A stretch of DNA of 64,000 nucleotides from Nitrosopumilus sp. (GTDB lineage Archaea; Thermoproteota; Nitrososphaeria; Nitrososphaerales; Nitrosopumilaceae), in assembly GCA_965223425.1 (NCBI GenBank), contig OZ245003.1:448001-512000 (forward strand), in the 5' to 3' direction. A model generated the notes under the pieces. The model made no database searches, was not told where the DNA came from, and worked only from the letters and a program-made list of their open reading frames with translations. This document shows positions 1 through 11,191 of the stretch, in pieces. Each line of letters starts with the position of its first letter. Position 1 is the first letter of the stretch. The translations under genes and the position numbers were made by a program.

Positions 1-59
1 ATTAAATCAAAATAGAAAGTATAAAAAACATAGCCAGACAAATTTCTTTGAAGTAAGAT

Positions 60-941
60 ATGATGTTAAACTATGATGCACCATTGTATAGACCACCTTC
101 AGAAGCAAGATCGCTGATCTTCCAAGTAACGCTAGGCTGTTCATTTAACGAGTGTTCTTTTTGTGATATGTATAGATCAAAAGAATATTCTGAGAGATCA
201 TGGGATGATATAAAAGCAGAAATTGACATGATGGCAAACTATTTGCCTGACACTAGAAGAATATTTCTTGCAGATGGGGATGCATTAAATCTTGACTCAG
301 AATACATTATAAAAATTGTAAAATACATTAAAGCAAAATTTGCAAAGCTTGAAAGAATTTCTTGTTACGCAATGCCTATGAATATTCTACAAAAAACACC
401 AGAGGAATTAAAGAAAATGAATGAAGCTGGACTGGATATGTTTTACTTGGGAATTGAAAGTGGATCAGACATTGTTCTAAAAAAAGTAACAAAGGGAGCC
501 ATTGCAAAAACAATTATCAAATCAGTCAACAAAGCAAAGGAAGCAGGTTACATCATGTCATGTATGGTAATTTTGGGACTTGGTGGCAGAACATATTCTA
601 AAGATCACATAAAAGGAACTGCCAAAGTGATCAGTGCATGTTCGCCACAATATGTGGGTGCTTTGACTCTCTATTTGGAGAACGGAATAAAACAAGAATT
701 TCTTGATAAATATGAAGGAGAGTTCACTAGAATTAATGATGATGAATCATTAGACGAACTTGACGGCTTGATTAGTCAAATAGAAACCAAAGACAAGATT
801 GTGTTTAGGGCAAATCATGGTTCAAACGCATACACAATCAAAGGTACATTCCCACAAGACAAGCAAGAGATGTTAGATAAAGTAGAATGGATGAAACAGC
901 ATCCAGAAATCATGCGCCCTCAAGGACTAAGGGGATTCTAA
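60..941 (+). CDS. Radical SAM protein
   Basis: CxxxCxxC motif (GCSFNECSFC), YLGIESG and FRANH motifs; 293 aa. Confidence 0.9.
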   Translation: MMLNYDAPLYRPPSEARSLIFQVTLGCSFNECSFCDMYRSKEYSERSWDDIKAEIDMMANYLPDTRRIFLADGDALNLDSEYIIKIVKYIKAKFAKLERISCYAMPMNILQKTPEELKKMNEAGLDMFYLGIESGSDIVLKKVTKGAIAKTIIKSVNKAKEAGYIMSCMVILGLGGRTYSKDHIKGTAKVISACSPQYVGALTLYLENGIKQEFLDKYEGEFTRINDDESLDELDGLISQIETKDKIVFRANHGSNAYTIKGTFPQDKQEMLDKVEWMKQHPEIMRPQGLRGF

Positions 942-1390
942 ATCAAAGTGTTTTGATTCAAATACACCACTTTGAAGATTTTAACTGAATAATCCCCTTC
1001 AAAGATTTTGGTTGTGTGTGTATTATCAGAGCTTAATACTCTGAATCTATACTCATAGGCACCATCTGAATCTATACTAGCCTGTGCAAAGTGAACTGCA
1101 TCATTATTTTTGAAAATTTGAATAATTACTGGATAGCCCTCAACATGGTTTGTAACATTTCCTTCAACAAATCCCCATGGCAACATGTTTGTTTGAGGTG
1201 CACTAAAGAGAAGAGTTGATTTTTCAAGTCCTATCATTGCATTTATTGGAATGATTTCAGTTTGTGATTCATGAGCGTGATCACCAATAATAGCTTGACC
1301 AAGATGAGGATGAGCAAATGCAGAGTCTAAAGAAAATGACAAAAGAACTGCCAAGGTAAAAATGCTTGAAAATAAAATAAACTTGTTCAT
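938..1390 (-). CDS. Secreted hypothetical protein (thaumarchaeal type)
   Basis: N-terminal signal peptide ending in SAFA|HPH; 150 aa. Confidence 0.7.
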   Translation of the reverse strand: MNKFILFSSIFTLAVLLSFSLDSAFAHPHLGQAIIGDHAHESQTEIIPINAMIGLEKSTLLFSAPQTNMLPWGFVEGNVTNHVEGYPVIIQIFKNNDAVHFAQASIDSDGAYEYRFRVLSSDNTHTTKIFEGDYSVKIFKVVYLNQNTLI

Positions 1391-1434
1391 GTCAAAATAT
1401 AATTCAAGAGCAATTTAAGAATTTGCCCATTAAA

Positions 1435-2677
1435 CAGCTAAGCGAAGTGTGTCCCAAGCCTGAGATCATGTAGGCGGTTTGGACTGGCGTATGGGAAGCG
1501 ATTCCAGCTGCACCTTAAACGTCAGCATGGTCATGGCTCTGCCTTTCAGTGCCATCAGAAAGCATTGCCCTGACAATCACCCATTCATTGTACAATACCC
1601 GAGAATGGCAAAAGCACAGCATCTGCGATTCCATGTCTGTGATTCGTGTCTTGGCCCTGCACTCCTCGATTTTGCCGTACTCATCTTTATCCCCCATCTT
1701 TTGGCATAGACCTCGATCCTGACTGCGGGATGATTTGTTGCAAACCCGATGTATACCTCCTTCTGGGTCATCAGAGTCTTTGGCCTTTTTCCTGTCAGTT
1801 ATTATCATGGAATATTCAGCAGCAGAACCCAGGTTGTTTTCAATTACGTTCCCTGAGATCTTTCCTCTTTTCCCCTGTGCAAACTCTCGCAGGCGGCCAC
1901 CACGTTGTACGTGTTCCTGCACGGCATCAGAAACTTTACGTTGTTTTCCTGCAGCCTGCTTATCGCATCAACTGAGAAGAACTCACGGTCAAGCAACGCC
2001 AGGTGTATCCTGATGCCCCCATCCCTGCCATGGTTTTGAGGACGGCATCCACGTAATCAGGCACGGATTCGAGCATCTTCAGGTATGATGCGGCAAGAAC
2101 GATACGCATCTTGTCATTTACGCACTGGACTCATGTAACGCTCAAGTATTTGGTTCCGTTCTTGTATTTGGAACGTGTCAGCTCCGCCCCCGGTACCCTG
2201 TCATAGCGCGGTATGAGGTGCATATCGATTGCCATGTCCAGTCCTTTTTTTGGAAACCTGCCCAGTCTTTTGAGGGTTTCAAGATGCCTTGCTATCTGGC
2301 CCTCAAGCGCGTGCTGGATTGCATCCTGCTCATCCCTTGATTGCAGATGCAATCCACCTGTCAGACGGTGTGTTGCAGCGTTTGTGCCTTCGCCTTTGCG
2401 CATCTGCTACAGAAGAATCATGGTGGCAGCCTTTAGCATGCCGCGGTTCAGATCATCTGGTCCAAACGTTGCGTTGTACCTGTCTGATGTGTTGGCGCAT
2501 GCAAGCATGTTTTTGGCGCCGTCTGCAACGTCTTCATATATGCGTGGATTGTTTAGCAGTTCGCGGCCCTGTCTGGTTTTTTGTGTGAACAACAGAAATC
2601 ATGGGGTCGTACCCTCATTGATCTGCTTGCATTTTGTAGCCGATTTGGCCCGAATTAGAGCAGGTTTCGCTTAGCTG
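1435..2677 (-). mobile_element. ISH3-like insertion sequence with fragmented transposase
   Basis: 12-bp TIRs CAGCTAAGCGAA (1435) / TTCGCTTAGCTG (ends 2677); 6-bp TSD ATTAAA on both sides; fragments AIDMHLIPRYD and YAKRWGI in different frames; higher GC than flanks. Confidence 0.85.
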
Positions 2678-2678
2678 A

Positions 2679-2930
2679 TTAAAGATTATCAATTATCGGT
2701 TTAAGATTTTCTGGCAGTTCTGGTAATTCAGTATGACTTTCATTGTTTTGAAGAATTTCCGGACCTATACGCCTAACTCGTTGAGTTCCAATAAGAGTAT
2801 CAATGTTTCTTTGAATATCCTTTTCTGATAAAATGGCCTTTAATTTTGTAACAACAGCTTCTTCATTTTCATATTTTTTGATCCCATATTGAACAAGAAT
2901 AGTTTTTTCATCCGAAGAAAATTCTGTCAT
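2679..2930 (-). CDS. Conserved hypothetical protein
   Basis: 83-aa ORF with host-like composition; stop codon lies in the IS target duplication. Confidence 0.75.
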   Translation of the reverse strand: MTEFSSDEKTILVQYGIKKYENEEAVVTKLKAILSEKDIQRNIDTLIGTQRVRRIGPEILQNNESHTELPELPENLKPIIDNL

Positions 2931-3011
2931 AGTTGCATCAAAAGTCTCAGGCTAATAATTGTTGATTAATGAACAATAATTAAAATATGATGAATGACAA
3001 ATTAGTTCCAC

Positions 3012-3503
3012 TTGGAAAGCAAATTACAAATAATTTCAAATGTGTTGACTATGAAAAGATACGCTACAATTACGGTAATTAGTGGAGTGGGGTTGGGAAT
3101 AATTTATTATTTTTTGACAATGTCATTACTGCCTACTCATTTTGATGTTGCAATAGAGAATTTTCCTTCTTACATTGCTACGTCAATTGGGTTAACAGTA
3201 GTAATTTCGGCTTTGGCTGGAATTAATTTTGGATTAATGGCATTTAAAATGAAGCAGCTGAGAATGACAAATTCAGTAAAATCAAACTCTTCAGCTGTAC
3301 TTGGAGGAGCTTTTGCAGCATTTACTCCTGGATGTCCTGCATGTACTGCACCTTTAGCGGTAATTTTAGGTGCAGTTGGAGGATTGCCGTTGTTTCCAAT
3401 GCAAGGATTGGAATTAAAATTAATTTCAGTATGTGTTTTAATTTTCTCCATCTATTGGATTACAGGGGGACTTCAAAGCAAGAGCTGCTGTAAGATAGGA
3501 TAA
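3012..3503 (+). CDS. Membrane protein with CPAC motif (possible metal binding or transport)
   Basis: About four hydrophobic segments, GCPAC motif, C-terminal CC. Confidence 0.7.
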   Translation: MESKLQIISNVLTMKRYATITVISGVGLGIIYYFLTMSLLPTHFDVAIENFPSYIATSIGLTVVISALAGINFGLMAFKMKQLRMTNSVKSNSSAVLGGAFAAFTPGCPACTAPLAVILGAVGGLPLFPMQGLELKLISVCVLIFSIYWITGGLQSKSCCKIG

Positions 3504-3661
3504 GGATAAGTAATTATCTAAAGAGTAATTTTTGATGGATTTCTATACAACTTGGTATTCTCAGAGTGGATAATTCTCTTAGTTGGCGAGATTTCCAACT
3601 AAAAAGAGTACGTTCATGCGGATTAGAAAATATTTATCACTTAGAATGTTTACTGTTAATT

Positions 3662-4009
3662 ATGGAAATTGAAGAAGCTGTTGAAAAGGTTTTGAAGGTA
3701 AGTCCATCCGTTAGAGTCGTCAGTGTTTGCGATCTAAGGGGTAAGTTGGTTTACTCAGCACGTTCAAAGAAGGTGAGGATCCTAGTGTCAAAGAAACAAA
3801 GCTTAGCATCACTAAAGGCTGCAGCAGTAGATTGGAGAAAACGAAAAAAACTCATGAAAACATTAGGCGCATGCAAATACGTTGTTGCAGAATATGACAA
3901 AGTCAAAAGAATAGTGATTCCAGCTGGAAAGGATTACATCTTGTATGTAACTACCACTGCCTCCTTAGATCATAACAAAGTTGTTCGTAAGGTACGCTCT
4001 TTTAGGTAG
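3662..4009 (+). CDS. Roadblock/profilin-like small protein (thaumarchaeal DUF6659-like)
   Basis: Likely start ATG 3662 (MEIEEAVEKV); LGACKYVVAEYDKVKRIVIP pattern. Confidence 0.65.
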   Translation: MEIEEAVEKVLKVSPSVRVVSVCDLRGKLVYSARSKKVRILVSKKQSLASLKAAAVDWRKRKKLMKTLGACKYVVAEYDKVKRIVIPAGKDYILYVTTTASLDHNKVVRKVRSFR

Positions 4010-4048
4010 TCATACCTAGTATTTTTTTTTGAACCAACATGGAGTTTC

Positions 4049-4300
4049 TCAGAGTTTTCTTTTTTTGGTGCCTCTTCCTGAACTAACCCACATGCCTTTT
4101 GTAGATGTGATTTTGGTACTTTTAATGTCACCAAATTTTATCTTACCAGTGCCTCTTCCCGTAGTGATATACGCATCCTTAGATGCCGCTTTTCTTGCCT
4201 CTTGAACTTTTTTGAATTCTTCACCAGACCATTTTGTGGCATCGCTATCAACTTCGATAATTTTTGTGCCTCTTCCACTTCGTATTCTAATTTTGACCAA
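4049..4300 (-). CDS. Small basic protein with three GRGT repeats
   Basis: 83 aa; SGRGTK, TGRGTG, SGRGTK. Confidence 0.55.
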   Translation of the reverse strand: MVKIRIRSGRGTKIIEVDSDATKWSGEEFKKVQEARKAASKDAYITTGRGTGKIKFGDIKSTKITSTKGMWVSSGRGTKKRKL

Positions 4301-4727
4301 GATTTATCAATATTTTAGGGGAATTATCATTAATAAAATTTTAAATTTTCTTGCTTCCAGTCTTCGTTCTTAACTGCTTTACAACAGATACGTCCATGAT
4401 TTAAGATCATCAGGAAATATTACCAATAACCCACTATCTTTTTTGATGCCTCCACAGGTACCACTAGCTTTGTTTGTTTTGTCCAAAACAACCTAATTCT
4501 ATGTAAAAATCAAATTCAGAAGTGGCAAAGTGTTCTTGCTGTATAGAGGATGGAACAAAGTATGCCGCTCGGATAATAAATGAACATATGCAGAGTATTT
4601 GTGTGTCACCTGCTGATTTTCTGATGCGAAAAACAAATGGCCAAAAAATGCGTTAACAAAGATCACTGAAAATGCAATTATGGGAATAACCCCCTAAGAT
4701 TTTTTCATATTATACATTACGGATTAC

Positions 4728-5174
4728 TTAGGTATCAAATCTGCGTGCAAATTTGATTTTTGATTTAAGATAGTCATGATCATAGCAAGTAAGTTCTAAC
4801 TTGTTTCCATCAGGGTCGTCAAAGTAAATCGAATACGACAAGTCATGATCTACCACCTTATCTCTAGTGACCTTTTCCTGTAGAAGAAATAAATCCAAAC
4901 TATTTATTCTATTAAGAAAATCAATGAATTTTTCTCCAGTGGTTCTAAAGGCCATTCTGTTAATGGAACCATCGTTCTCTTTTGTTCCATTTATCATAGC
5001 AAGCGTAACAGATCTATCCTCATTTCCAATAAACAGAGGACCAATCTTTGACCACGCCTCAAGTTCCTTTATTGGTTTTAATCCAAAAATTTCTTCATAC
5101 CATTTAGCAGCTTTTTTCCGATTAGTTACAAACATTTCAACATGATCAATACCTTCAATTGAAAAATCAGCCAA
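4728..5174 (-). CDS. VOC/glyoxalase family protein
   Basis: IDHVEMFV and YFDDPDGNKLEL motifs. Confidence 0.9.
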   Translation of the reverse strand: MADFSIEGIDHVEMFVTNRKKAAKWYEEIFGLKPIKELEAWSKIGPLFIGNEDRSVTLAMINGTKENDGSINRMAFRTTGEKFIDFLNRINSLDLFLLQEKVTRDKVVDHDLSYSIYFDDPDGNKLELTCYDHDYLKSKIKFARRFDT

Positions 5175-5202
5175 TATGACTAGTTTAGAATTATGCTTAT
5201 TA

Positions 5203-5658
5203 TTAATTCTCTGGATTCAATGTAAATGAAAGGGCAGATTGCTCAAATCCCAAACGTTCGTAGAATTTATGAGAGTCTTTTCGTTGATTTCCTGATTCCA
5301 GTCTAATCCTATGACATTTTTTTTCTTTTGCAAGAGTAATACATGAATTGATTAGCTTTTTGCCAATTCCTCGGTTTTGGTACTTTTCAAGAACAACCAA
5401 CTCTGGAACATACATCTCCAAAGTGTCTCGATTTAGTCTTGGCAAAAATACCATGCTTATCATGCCAACTATTTTCATATCATCAAATACGGCAACAAGA
5501 ATTTGTTTATCCGAGTTTGTAGCATATTTTTTTATTAATTTTCTGAATGTGTCAACGTCAGAATCCTTTTGGACTTTTGGACGTCCTAGATCATATAACA
5601 ATCCAAGAATTATGGGAATATCTTTGTCAGACGCTTCTCGAATTGTTATGTTTTCCAT
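5203..5658 (-). CDS. GNAT family N-acetyltransferase
   Basis: Likely start MENITIREA; QNRGIGKKL acetyl-CoA motif; FYERLGF. Confidence 0.9.
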   Translation of the reverse strand: MENITIREASDKDIPIILGLLYDLGRPKVQKDSDVDTFRKLIKKYATNSDKQILVAVFDDMKIVGMISMVFLPRLNRDTLEMYVPELVVLEKYQNRGIGKKLINSCITLAKEKKCHRIRLESGNQRKDSHKFYERLGFEQSALSFTLNPEN

Positions 5659-6300
5659 CAAGGAGACAAGCCATTTTAGCAATAAAAATGGACGCAGGTG
5701 GTGGCATCCAGTCACAAAAATTATCTAAACATTTCTGCCCAGATTCATAAAAATAGGCCGAACAAGTCATAACTAGGAATATTTGTCACTTGACAACCTG
5801 TATCCTCCTTCTGCCACTGTTAATCTGTTCCCTTGAGACTTGGATTGATTGAAAACTTTCAGATACCTCAAAATATGATGGATTGACACCTTTCAAGCAA
5901 GCCATAACTTTTGAGCAATCCTGCAAACATGAATCTGATCAAGCTAGCAAATAAAAATGTCAAAACTCCGTCTTTGAATGATTAACCGGCTCAATTGCCA
6001 AGTTAGCGATAAAACTGAGAACAAACAATCCTGTAAATCCCAATCCCGCACCAGCAATAATTTTTTTAATTTTACTCATTTGCGGTAATTTTGTTTTTCG
6101 TTTTATCATTGAATAGCTTGTTTCATTGTCTTGACCAAACAAAAACGATTATGGCATATCCAATTCCAGTAAGAGACTCTATACGTTCTGCTAGAAACAC
6201 AGAAAGATCTGTAGTATAAACTGAGAAAAAAATTTCATATTGTACTGAAAAAACAATTATGTCACAACACAATTTTTTAATCCTGTACATTGCCCATAGA

Positions 6301-6588
6301 TCAAAATCTGGAAATATTGCACCAATTACTTGCCAGAATAAACCTACTTTTTTTTAAACGCAGGCTTTTCAGAATTTTTTTGTTTTTCATAAAGGAATTT
6401 TGTGCCGCCAAAAACATTAACAGACTTTCAAGCACTAATGACGATATGCCGAAATTTGCATCTGGGAAAAATTCCAAACCACCGTCTATGAATTGTGGAT
6501 TCACAAGCTCTGCTATTATCATAAAAATAGCACCAACTATGATGGTAATGCCTGAACCAATAATTGGCAAAGAACTGTGTTTTACCAT
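6301..6588 (-). CDS. Hypothetical membrane protein, possibly a fragment
   Basis: Two hydrophobic segments; weak support. Confidence 0.35.
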   Translation of the reverse strand: MVKHSSLPIIGSGITIIVGAIFMIIAELVNPQFIDGGLEFFPDANFGISSLVLESLLMFLAAQNSFMKNKKILKSLRLKKSRFILASNWCNISRF

Positions 6589-6665
6589 GAGTTTAGATTA
6601 TGATTCTCATACATTACCGTCTGTATGTTATTTTGAATAACATTGGTATGCAATTAGGCATAAAA

Positions 6666-6681
6666 TGGATCCACGGGATTT
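6666..6681. repeat. Degenerate att-like copy of tRNA-Val 3' end (putative outer island boundary)
   Basis: TGGATCCACGGGATTT vs TGGGCCCACGGGGATTT at 26910. Confidence 0.45.
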
Positions 6682-6934
6682 CAAGTCTTAGTGACTGTTT
6701 GAGGCCCAAAATTTTGCCAAATTTTAGTTATAATTAACAAAAAATAGCAACTATAACTAACGTTAGAATCTTAAAAAAGTCTTGGAATTTTCCAACATCA
6801 ATTTACGCATAATGTTTTGTTACAAGTAAAAATTATTGGTAATGTCAAGCACAATCACACGTAATATTATTGCAAATTAAGAGCGTAATTTGTAATTTTT
6901 TAGCAATTATATTATGAATGTCTATTAGAATGGA

Positions 6935-7657
6935 TTATTCATTTTCATCAATAGATACAAATGTTATACTAGATTTAAATTCTTTAATACCTTCTGAATT
7001 TTGTTGTGAATTATAAACTTCAATAAATTTTGAAACTATCTTCCTATCCCATAATTCGATATTATTTTTTTGTGCTAGCTCTTTTGCAGAATTTGTAAAT
7101 ATAGAATTTGTAACCACAATTCCTTTGTGTACATTATACCATGCAATTGCTCCTAAAACTTCTTGAACAGCACTGTTGGTTACTTTTTTATCTATGGAGA
7201 ATCGTTTGGTCTGAAGAACTAATTTTTCATCACCTCTTTTAGCAAGTATATCTCCTCCTTGATCACCACTACCTCGAGTTATGCTAACATCAGTAAATTT
7301 GTTAAATTCCATTATTTTCGCAATGAAACTTTCAAAAGCAAAACCATCTAACTTGTCTGCATCAAAGACAGATATTTTTTCAAAAGATTCTTTATTTTTT
7401 GATGTGTTTTGGACAGGAATGGTTGATAAATCAATGTCAGAAAGTTCCAAATCTAACAATTCAAGAAGTTTTCTAGCCTCAAAATTTTGTCCAATTATTT
7501 TTGGTATAATATGCATTGCAAAATCTGTTTTAGATTCAGAATTCGTCATATTATGATCACATGCGTAATGATAAATTGCATTGTGAAGAGTTTTTTCACC
7601 TTCAAAATTACCCCAAAAATTAGTTAATTCATCAACATTAGTAAAATGTGCACACAT
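6935..7657 (-). CDS. Mrr-like restriction endonuclease (Mrr_cat)
   Basis: FAFESFIA, GDQGGDI, LVLQTKRF, VVTNSIFT and ELWDR motifs. Confidence 0.9.
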   Translation of the reverse strand: MCAHFTNVDELTNFWGNFEGEKTLHNAIYHYACDHNMTNSESKTDFAMHIIPKIIGQNFEARKLLELLDLELSDIDLSTIPVQNTSKNKESFEKISVFDADKLDGFAFESFIAKIMEFNKFTDVSITRGSGDQGGDILAKRGDEKLVLQTKRFSIDKKVTNSAVQEVLGAIAWYNVHKGIVVTNSIFTNSAKELAQKNNIELWDRKIVSKFIEVYNSQQNSEGIKEFKSSITFVSIDENE

Positions 7658-7658
7658 A

Positions 7659-9416
7659 TTATCGCCATCCTCCTTTCTTATCTATTATAATTTTCTTCAG
7701 ATTTTTATGATAAACTATGATTTTACTACCTAACATTTTTTTTGCTTTATAGATACAGTATTGGTTATTTTCAGATAATTCCCATTTTTTATATTTCTTT
7801 AAATCCGAATTTGTCGCAATAACCTTCTGAACTAAAGAATTGTCCCTTTCTACCTCCGATAAACTTGAGCAACTCTTACATAATTTGTCTCTTAGACAAT
7901 TGTTACTGTATATCTGTTCACAGAATTTGCATGTTGTTGAATCCTTTGTACAGTGAATTTCATCACAAATAGCACAAATTTGTCTATCATTTGGACAAAA
8001 TTGTTTATTACATTGAAAACATATTTCAAAGTCTACACTACATGTTCGTTTGTTACACCCATAACAAGAAACAATAGATCTATTACAAAATTTCTTTTGA
8101 CAATATTGACAATTATCATTACAAAAGAAGCATGTGATTTTAGAGCAATGAGAACAGTGCATTAGATGTTTTTCACAGGTTAACTCGTTACAAAAATTAC
8201 ATTGAACAGAACAATCAGTACATACACCTTCTTTGCAAATATAACAGGGGTTAAGTTCAGAAGTACACTCAATACACACATCTTTTTGACATTTGACACA
8301 GTGGTTTACACATAATCCACATATTACATGCGAGTTTACACACAAATAGTTTTTTTCTGCCTGTTTATTACAAATCTCACAAATTAGTATGAATTCTTGT
8401 GAGGGTTCGAAGAATTTAGTTTGAATCGCTTTCTCAGTAAATTTATTTTTTAATGTAATTTTGCAGTTTGATGAACTATACGAATAAGCAGTTCCCGCAA
8501 TTAATGAGAAATCAATTATGGGACGATACCTCTTTTCAATCTGTTGAATCTGTACTTCTTTATCTTTGGTTAATCTCTCAATCTGTTTAATTGCTTTATC
8601 CTCTGCTTTTTTAATTCGTTCCGATTGTTTTTCTTTTTCTTTAATATATTTATTTTGAGTATCTACATAGCGTGCATTAATTATTTTTCTATCAAACTCT
8701 TTTAGTTTTGATTGTTGATATGAGACATCACCATTAATTTCTTCAAGTCGCCTAATATGAGCTTGATTCAACGAATTCGAATCTTGAGTGATGCTATCTC
8801 GTGTTTTGGAAACATATTTCGTTGCTAATGGTTCCATCTCAATTTCTAATGATTTGGTAGCATTACTGTAACAGTAATCTATTCGTGGATCGTCTTTTTC
8901 ATATCTAATTGTGCCTAGTTCTGCATCTAATTGAATTTCAGAGGGAAAATCAAGCGGCAATAGAGTTTCAAAATCAATGTCTATCCATCTTAGCATGGAA
9001 ATACTTTTGATGCTTTTTACGGTAATATTGAAATAAAATCTAATCGCCATTTTCATATCTTCTGAGAAATTATCCAAAGTCACATGACAGTTGTGAGTAG
9101 GTATTTTATCCAAACATTCTGTTGGTGATTCAATTTGTTTTTTTAAATGACCCCAGGTTACTGGTGCCTGTTTTTTGATTTCACCAAGTATTATTGCAAG
9201 AAAGTTACTTCCCGGAACTACCCATTCACATGAATGAACATCAGCTACTGAATGCTCAAAAGTTATTCTCTTTGTTATTCCACCAAACAATGACTCATAA
9301 TCAGTTGGAAAGGTAATCGTGTAAAGTCCGTGAGTCTCATCTATTGCAGCATTGATTTTTTTCAAAAAGCTTAATGTTAAATCTTTTGAATATTCCAAAA
9401 GTATTTGATCATCCAA
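7659..9416 (-). CDS. YqhG-like protein with coiled coil and long Cys-rich (multi-CxxC) C-terminus
   Basis: 585 aa; more than ten CxxC pairs in the C-terminal ~170 aa; directly downstream of an SNF2 helicase. Confidence 0.7.
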   Translation of the reverse strand: MDDQILLEYSKDLTLSFLKKINAAIDETHGLYTITFPTDYESLFGGITKRITFEHSVADVHSCEWVVPGSNFLAIILGEIKKQAPVTWGHLKKQIESPTECLDKIPTHNCHVTLDNFSEDMKMAIRFYFNITVKSIKSISMLRWIDIDFETLLPLDFPSEIQLDAELGTIRYEKDDPRIDYCYSNATKSLEIEMEPLATKYVSKTRDSITQDSNSLNQAHIRRLEEINGDVSYQQSKLKEFDRKIINARYVDTQNKYIKEKEKQSERIKKAEDKAIKQIERLTKDKEVQIQQIEKRYRPIIDFSLIAGTAYSYSSSNCKITLKNKFTEKAIQTKFFEPSQEFILICEICNKQAEKNYLCVNSHVICGLCVNHCVKCQKDVCIECTSELNPCYICKEGVCTDCSVQCNFCNELTCEKHLMHCSHCSKITCFFCNDNCQYCQKKFCNRSIVSCYGCNKRTCSVDFEICFQCNKQFCPNDRQICAICDEIHCTKDSTTCKFCEQIYSNNCLRDKLCKSCSSLSEVERDNSLVQKVIATNSDLKKYKKWELSENNQYCIYKAKKMLGSKIIVYHKNLKKIIIDKKGGWR

Positions 9417-9418
9417 GA

Positions 9419-11182
9419 TTAATTCTCCATCGAAGATAATTTAAAATTGGAAAATACTTTGTTGTCAAATTGCATTATTGTATCATTGATTTCTTCTTTT
9501 TTATGAGACCATTTTTCTCCAAGAGCAGAGAATTTATTTTTTAAATCAACTTTGGATGTTGCTGTCATATAGGATTCAAATATTTCTGAAGGCATCTTAC
9601 TGAGCCCATCATCCTCAAATAACAAATCAAGATCACCAATGGTCATTTTAAACAAATTAATTTTATCAAAAAGTAATTTTAGAATGTATTCTTCAATTGT
9701 GCCAATTATGGCTAAATTGTGAATATGTACATCTTCTTCTTGACCAATACGATGAACTCGTCCAACTCTTTGCTCAACTCTCATTGGATTCCAGGGTAAA
9801 TCATAATTGATCACATTACTACAGAATTGAAAATTTTGACCTTCTCCTCCTGCTTCAGTAGAGATCAAAACTTGGATGTCACGTTTAAAATTATTTACTG
9901 CAGTATCTCTTTCAGAAGTGGATAAACTACCATTAAATTTTGTAGTTTGAATTCCGTTATCTTCTAGGGCATCAAAAATATAATTTTGGGTGTCCTTAAA
10001 TTCTGTAAAAATAAGATGTTTAGATTCAGGATTTTCCTTAATTATATTTTCTAGACATTGCATTTTAGAATCAACCCTGATTTTATCAGTCAAGGCTAAA
10101 ATTTCCTCTAATTCAAGCTTGGATTCAGGAAATTGACTAATTTTCTTTTGTATTGCACCTCTTGTAGCTGCCGAACTACTAGAAATCTGTCTCTGTAAAG
10201 TCATTAATGGTAAAATAAAGTGCTTGCCTTCCATTTCTTTTACCCATAGATTTCTCACAAATTCTGTGGATCTATTGTAAAGTTCGACTTCATCCTCTGT
10301 TGTATCAAGCAAATGAGTATGAGGGATTCTATCTGTAAATTGAAGGTATTTTCTAACTTCGCTTCTAGTGGTTCTAATTACTACTTGTTTTAACAAGTTT
10401 TGTAATTCATATCTTTTTGAAGGATCAATTTCACGAAATTGCTTATCTAACGTATATGTTGATGCAAAATTATTCCAAGAACCAAGTATTCCAGGTCTTA
10501 TAATTTCTACCATGTTATACAATTCTTGTATATTATTTTGAATGGGAGTTGCAGATAACAAAAATATGAATTTTTTTGGTAATGTTTTGATAAACTTGTG
10601 AGCTTGTGTAGCAGAGTTTTTTAATCGATGAGCTTCGTCTACAATTACTAAATCCCATTCTATAGAATTTAATTTTTCAGCATTCTTTGGTATTACTGCA
10701 GATGGTAGCGATGAGATTAGCATATTATGTTCATCAAAATTTTTAAATCTATAATCATCTTTGTTAACGATAAAATCTAATTCAAATTTTGATTTTAATT
10801 CTTGTTGCCATTGAGTCCTTAATGACGGAGGAGTCAAAATTAAAGCATTTTTTATCAGGCCAGTTACAAAATATTCTTTTAACAAAATTCCAGCTTCAAT
10901 TGTTTTTCCAAGGCCAACTTCATCTGCTAGCAAAACCCTACCATTAAAATCATTTTTAACTAATTTTGCTGCCATGATTTGATGATCTAAAATTTGGATT
11001 GTAGCATTTAATGATCTTTGAATGGTTAAATCTCGAGTATGTTGACTGTTTATTATTTCATATGCTTTTAAAATATTTGTTAGACTATCAGATTCATCAA
11101 AAATTAATTCTCGTAATTTTTTCTTTACATTATTACGATCTGAATAAATTAACTCAGCAAGGTTATCTTTATTCCAATCCAT
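9419..11182 (-). CDS. SNF2/RapA-like SF2 helicase (YqhH-like)
   Basis: LADEVGLGKT, DEAH, SATP, STEAGGEGQN, YDLPWNP and QRVGRVHRIGQ motifs. Confidence 0.95.
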   Translation of the reverse strand: MDWNKDNLAELIYSDRNNVKKKLRELIFDESDSLTNILKAYEIINSQHTRDLTIQRSLNATIQILDHQIMAAKLVKNDFNGRVLLADEVGLGKTIEAGILLKEYFVTGLIKNALILTPPSLRTQWQQELKSKFELDFIVNKDDYRFKNFDEHNMLISSLPSAVIPKNAEKLNSIEWDLVIVDEAHRLKNSATQAHKFIKTLPKKFIFLLSATPIQNNIQELYNMVEIIRPGILGSWNNFASTYTLDKQFREIDPSKRYELQNLLKQVVIRTTRSEVRKYLQFTDRIPHTHLLDTTEDEVELYNRSTEFVRNLWVKEMEGKHFILPLMTLQRQISSSSAATRGAIQKKISQFPESKLELEEILALTDKIRVDSKMQCLENIIKENPESKHLIFTEFKDTQNYIFDALEDNGIQTTKFNGSLSTSERDTAVNNFKRDIQVLISTEAGGEGQNFQFCSNVINYDLPWNPMRVEQRVGRVHRIGQEEDVHIHNLAIIGTIEEYILKLLFDKINLFKMTIGDLDLLFEDDGLSKMPSEIFESYMTATSKVDLKNKFSALGEKWSHKKEEINDTIMQFDNKVFSNFKLSSMEN

Positions 11183-11191
11183 TGTAATTAC

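Noticed and set aside
4330-4720. Possible gene remnants in the intergenic stretch (also 5730-6290)
   Set aside because: Short broken frames with no motif I can assign.
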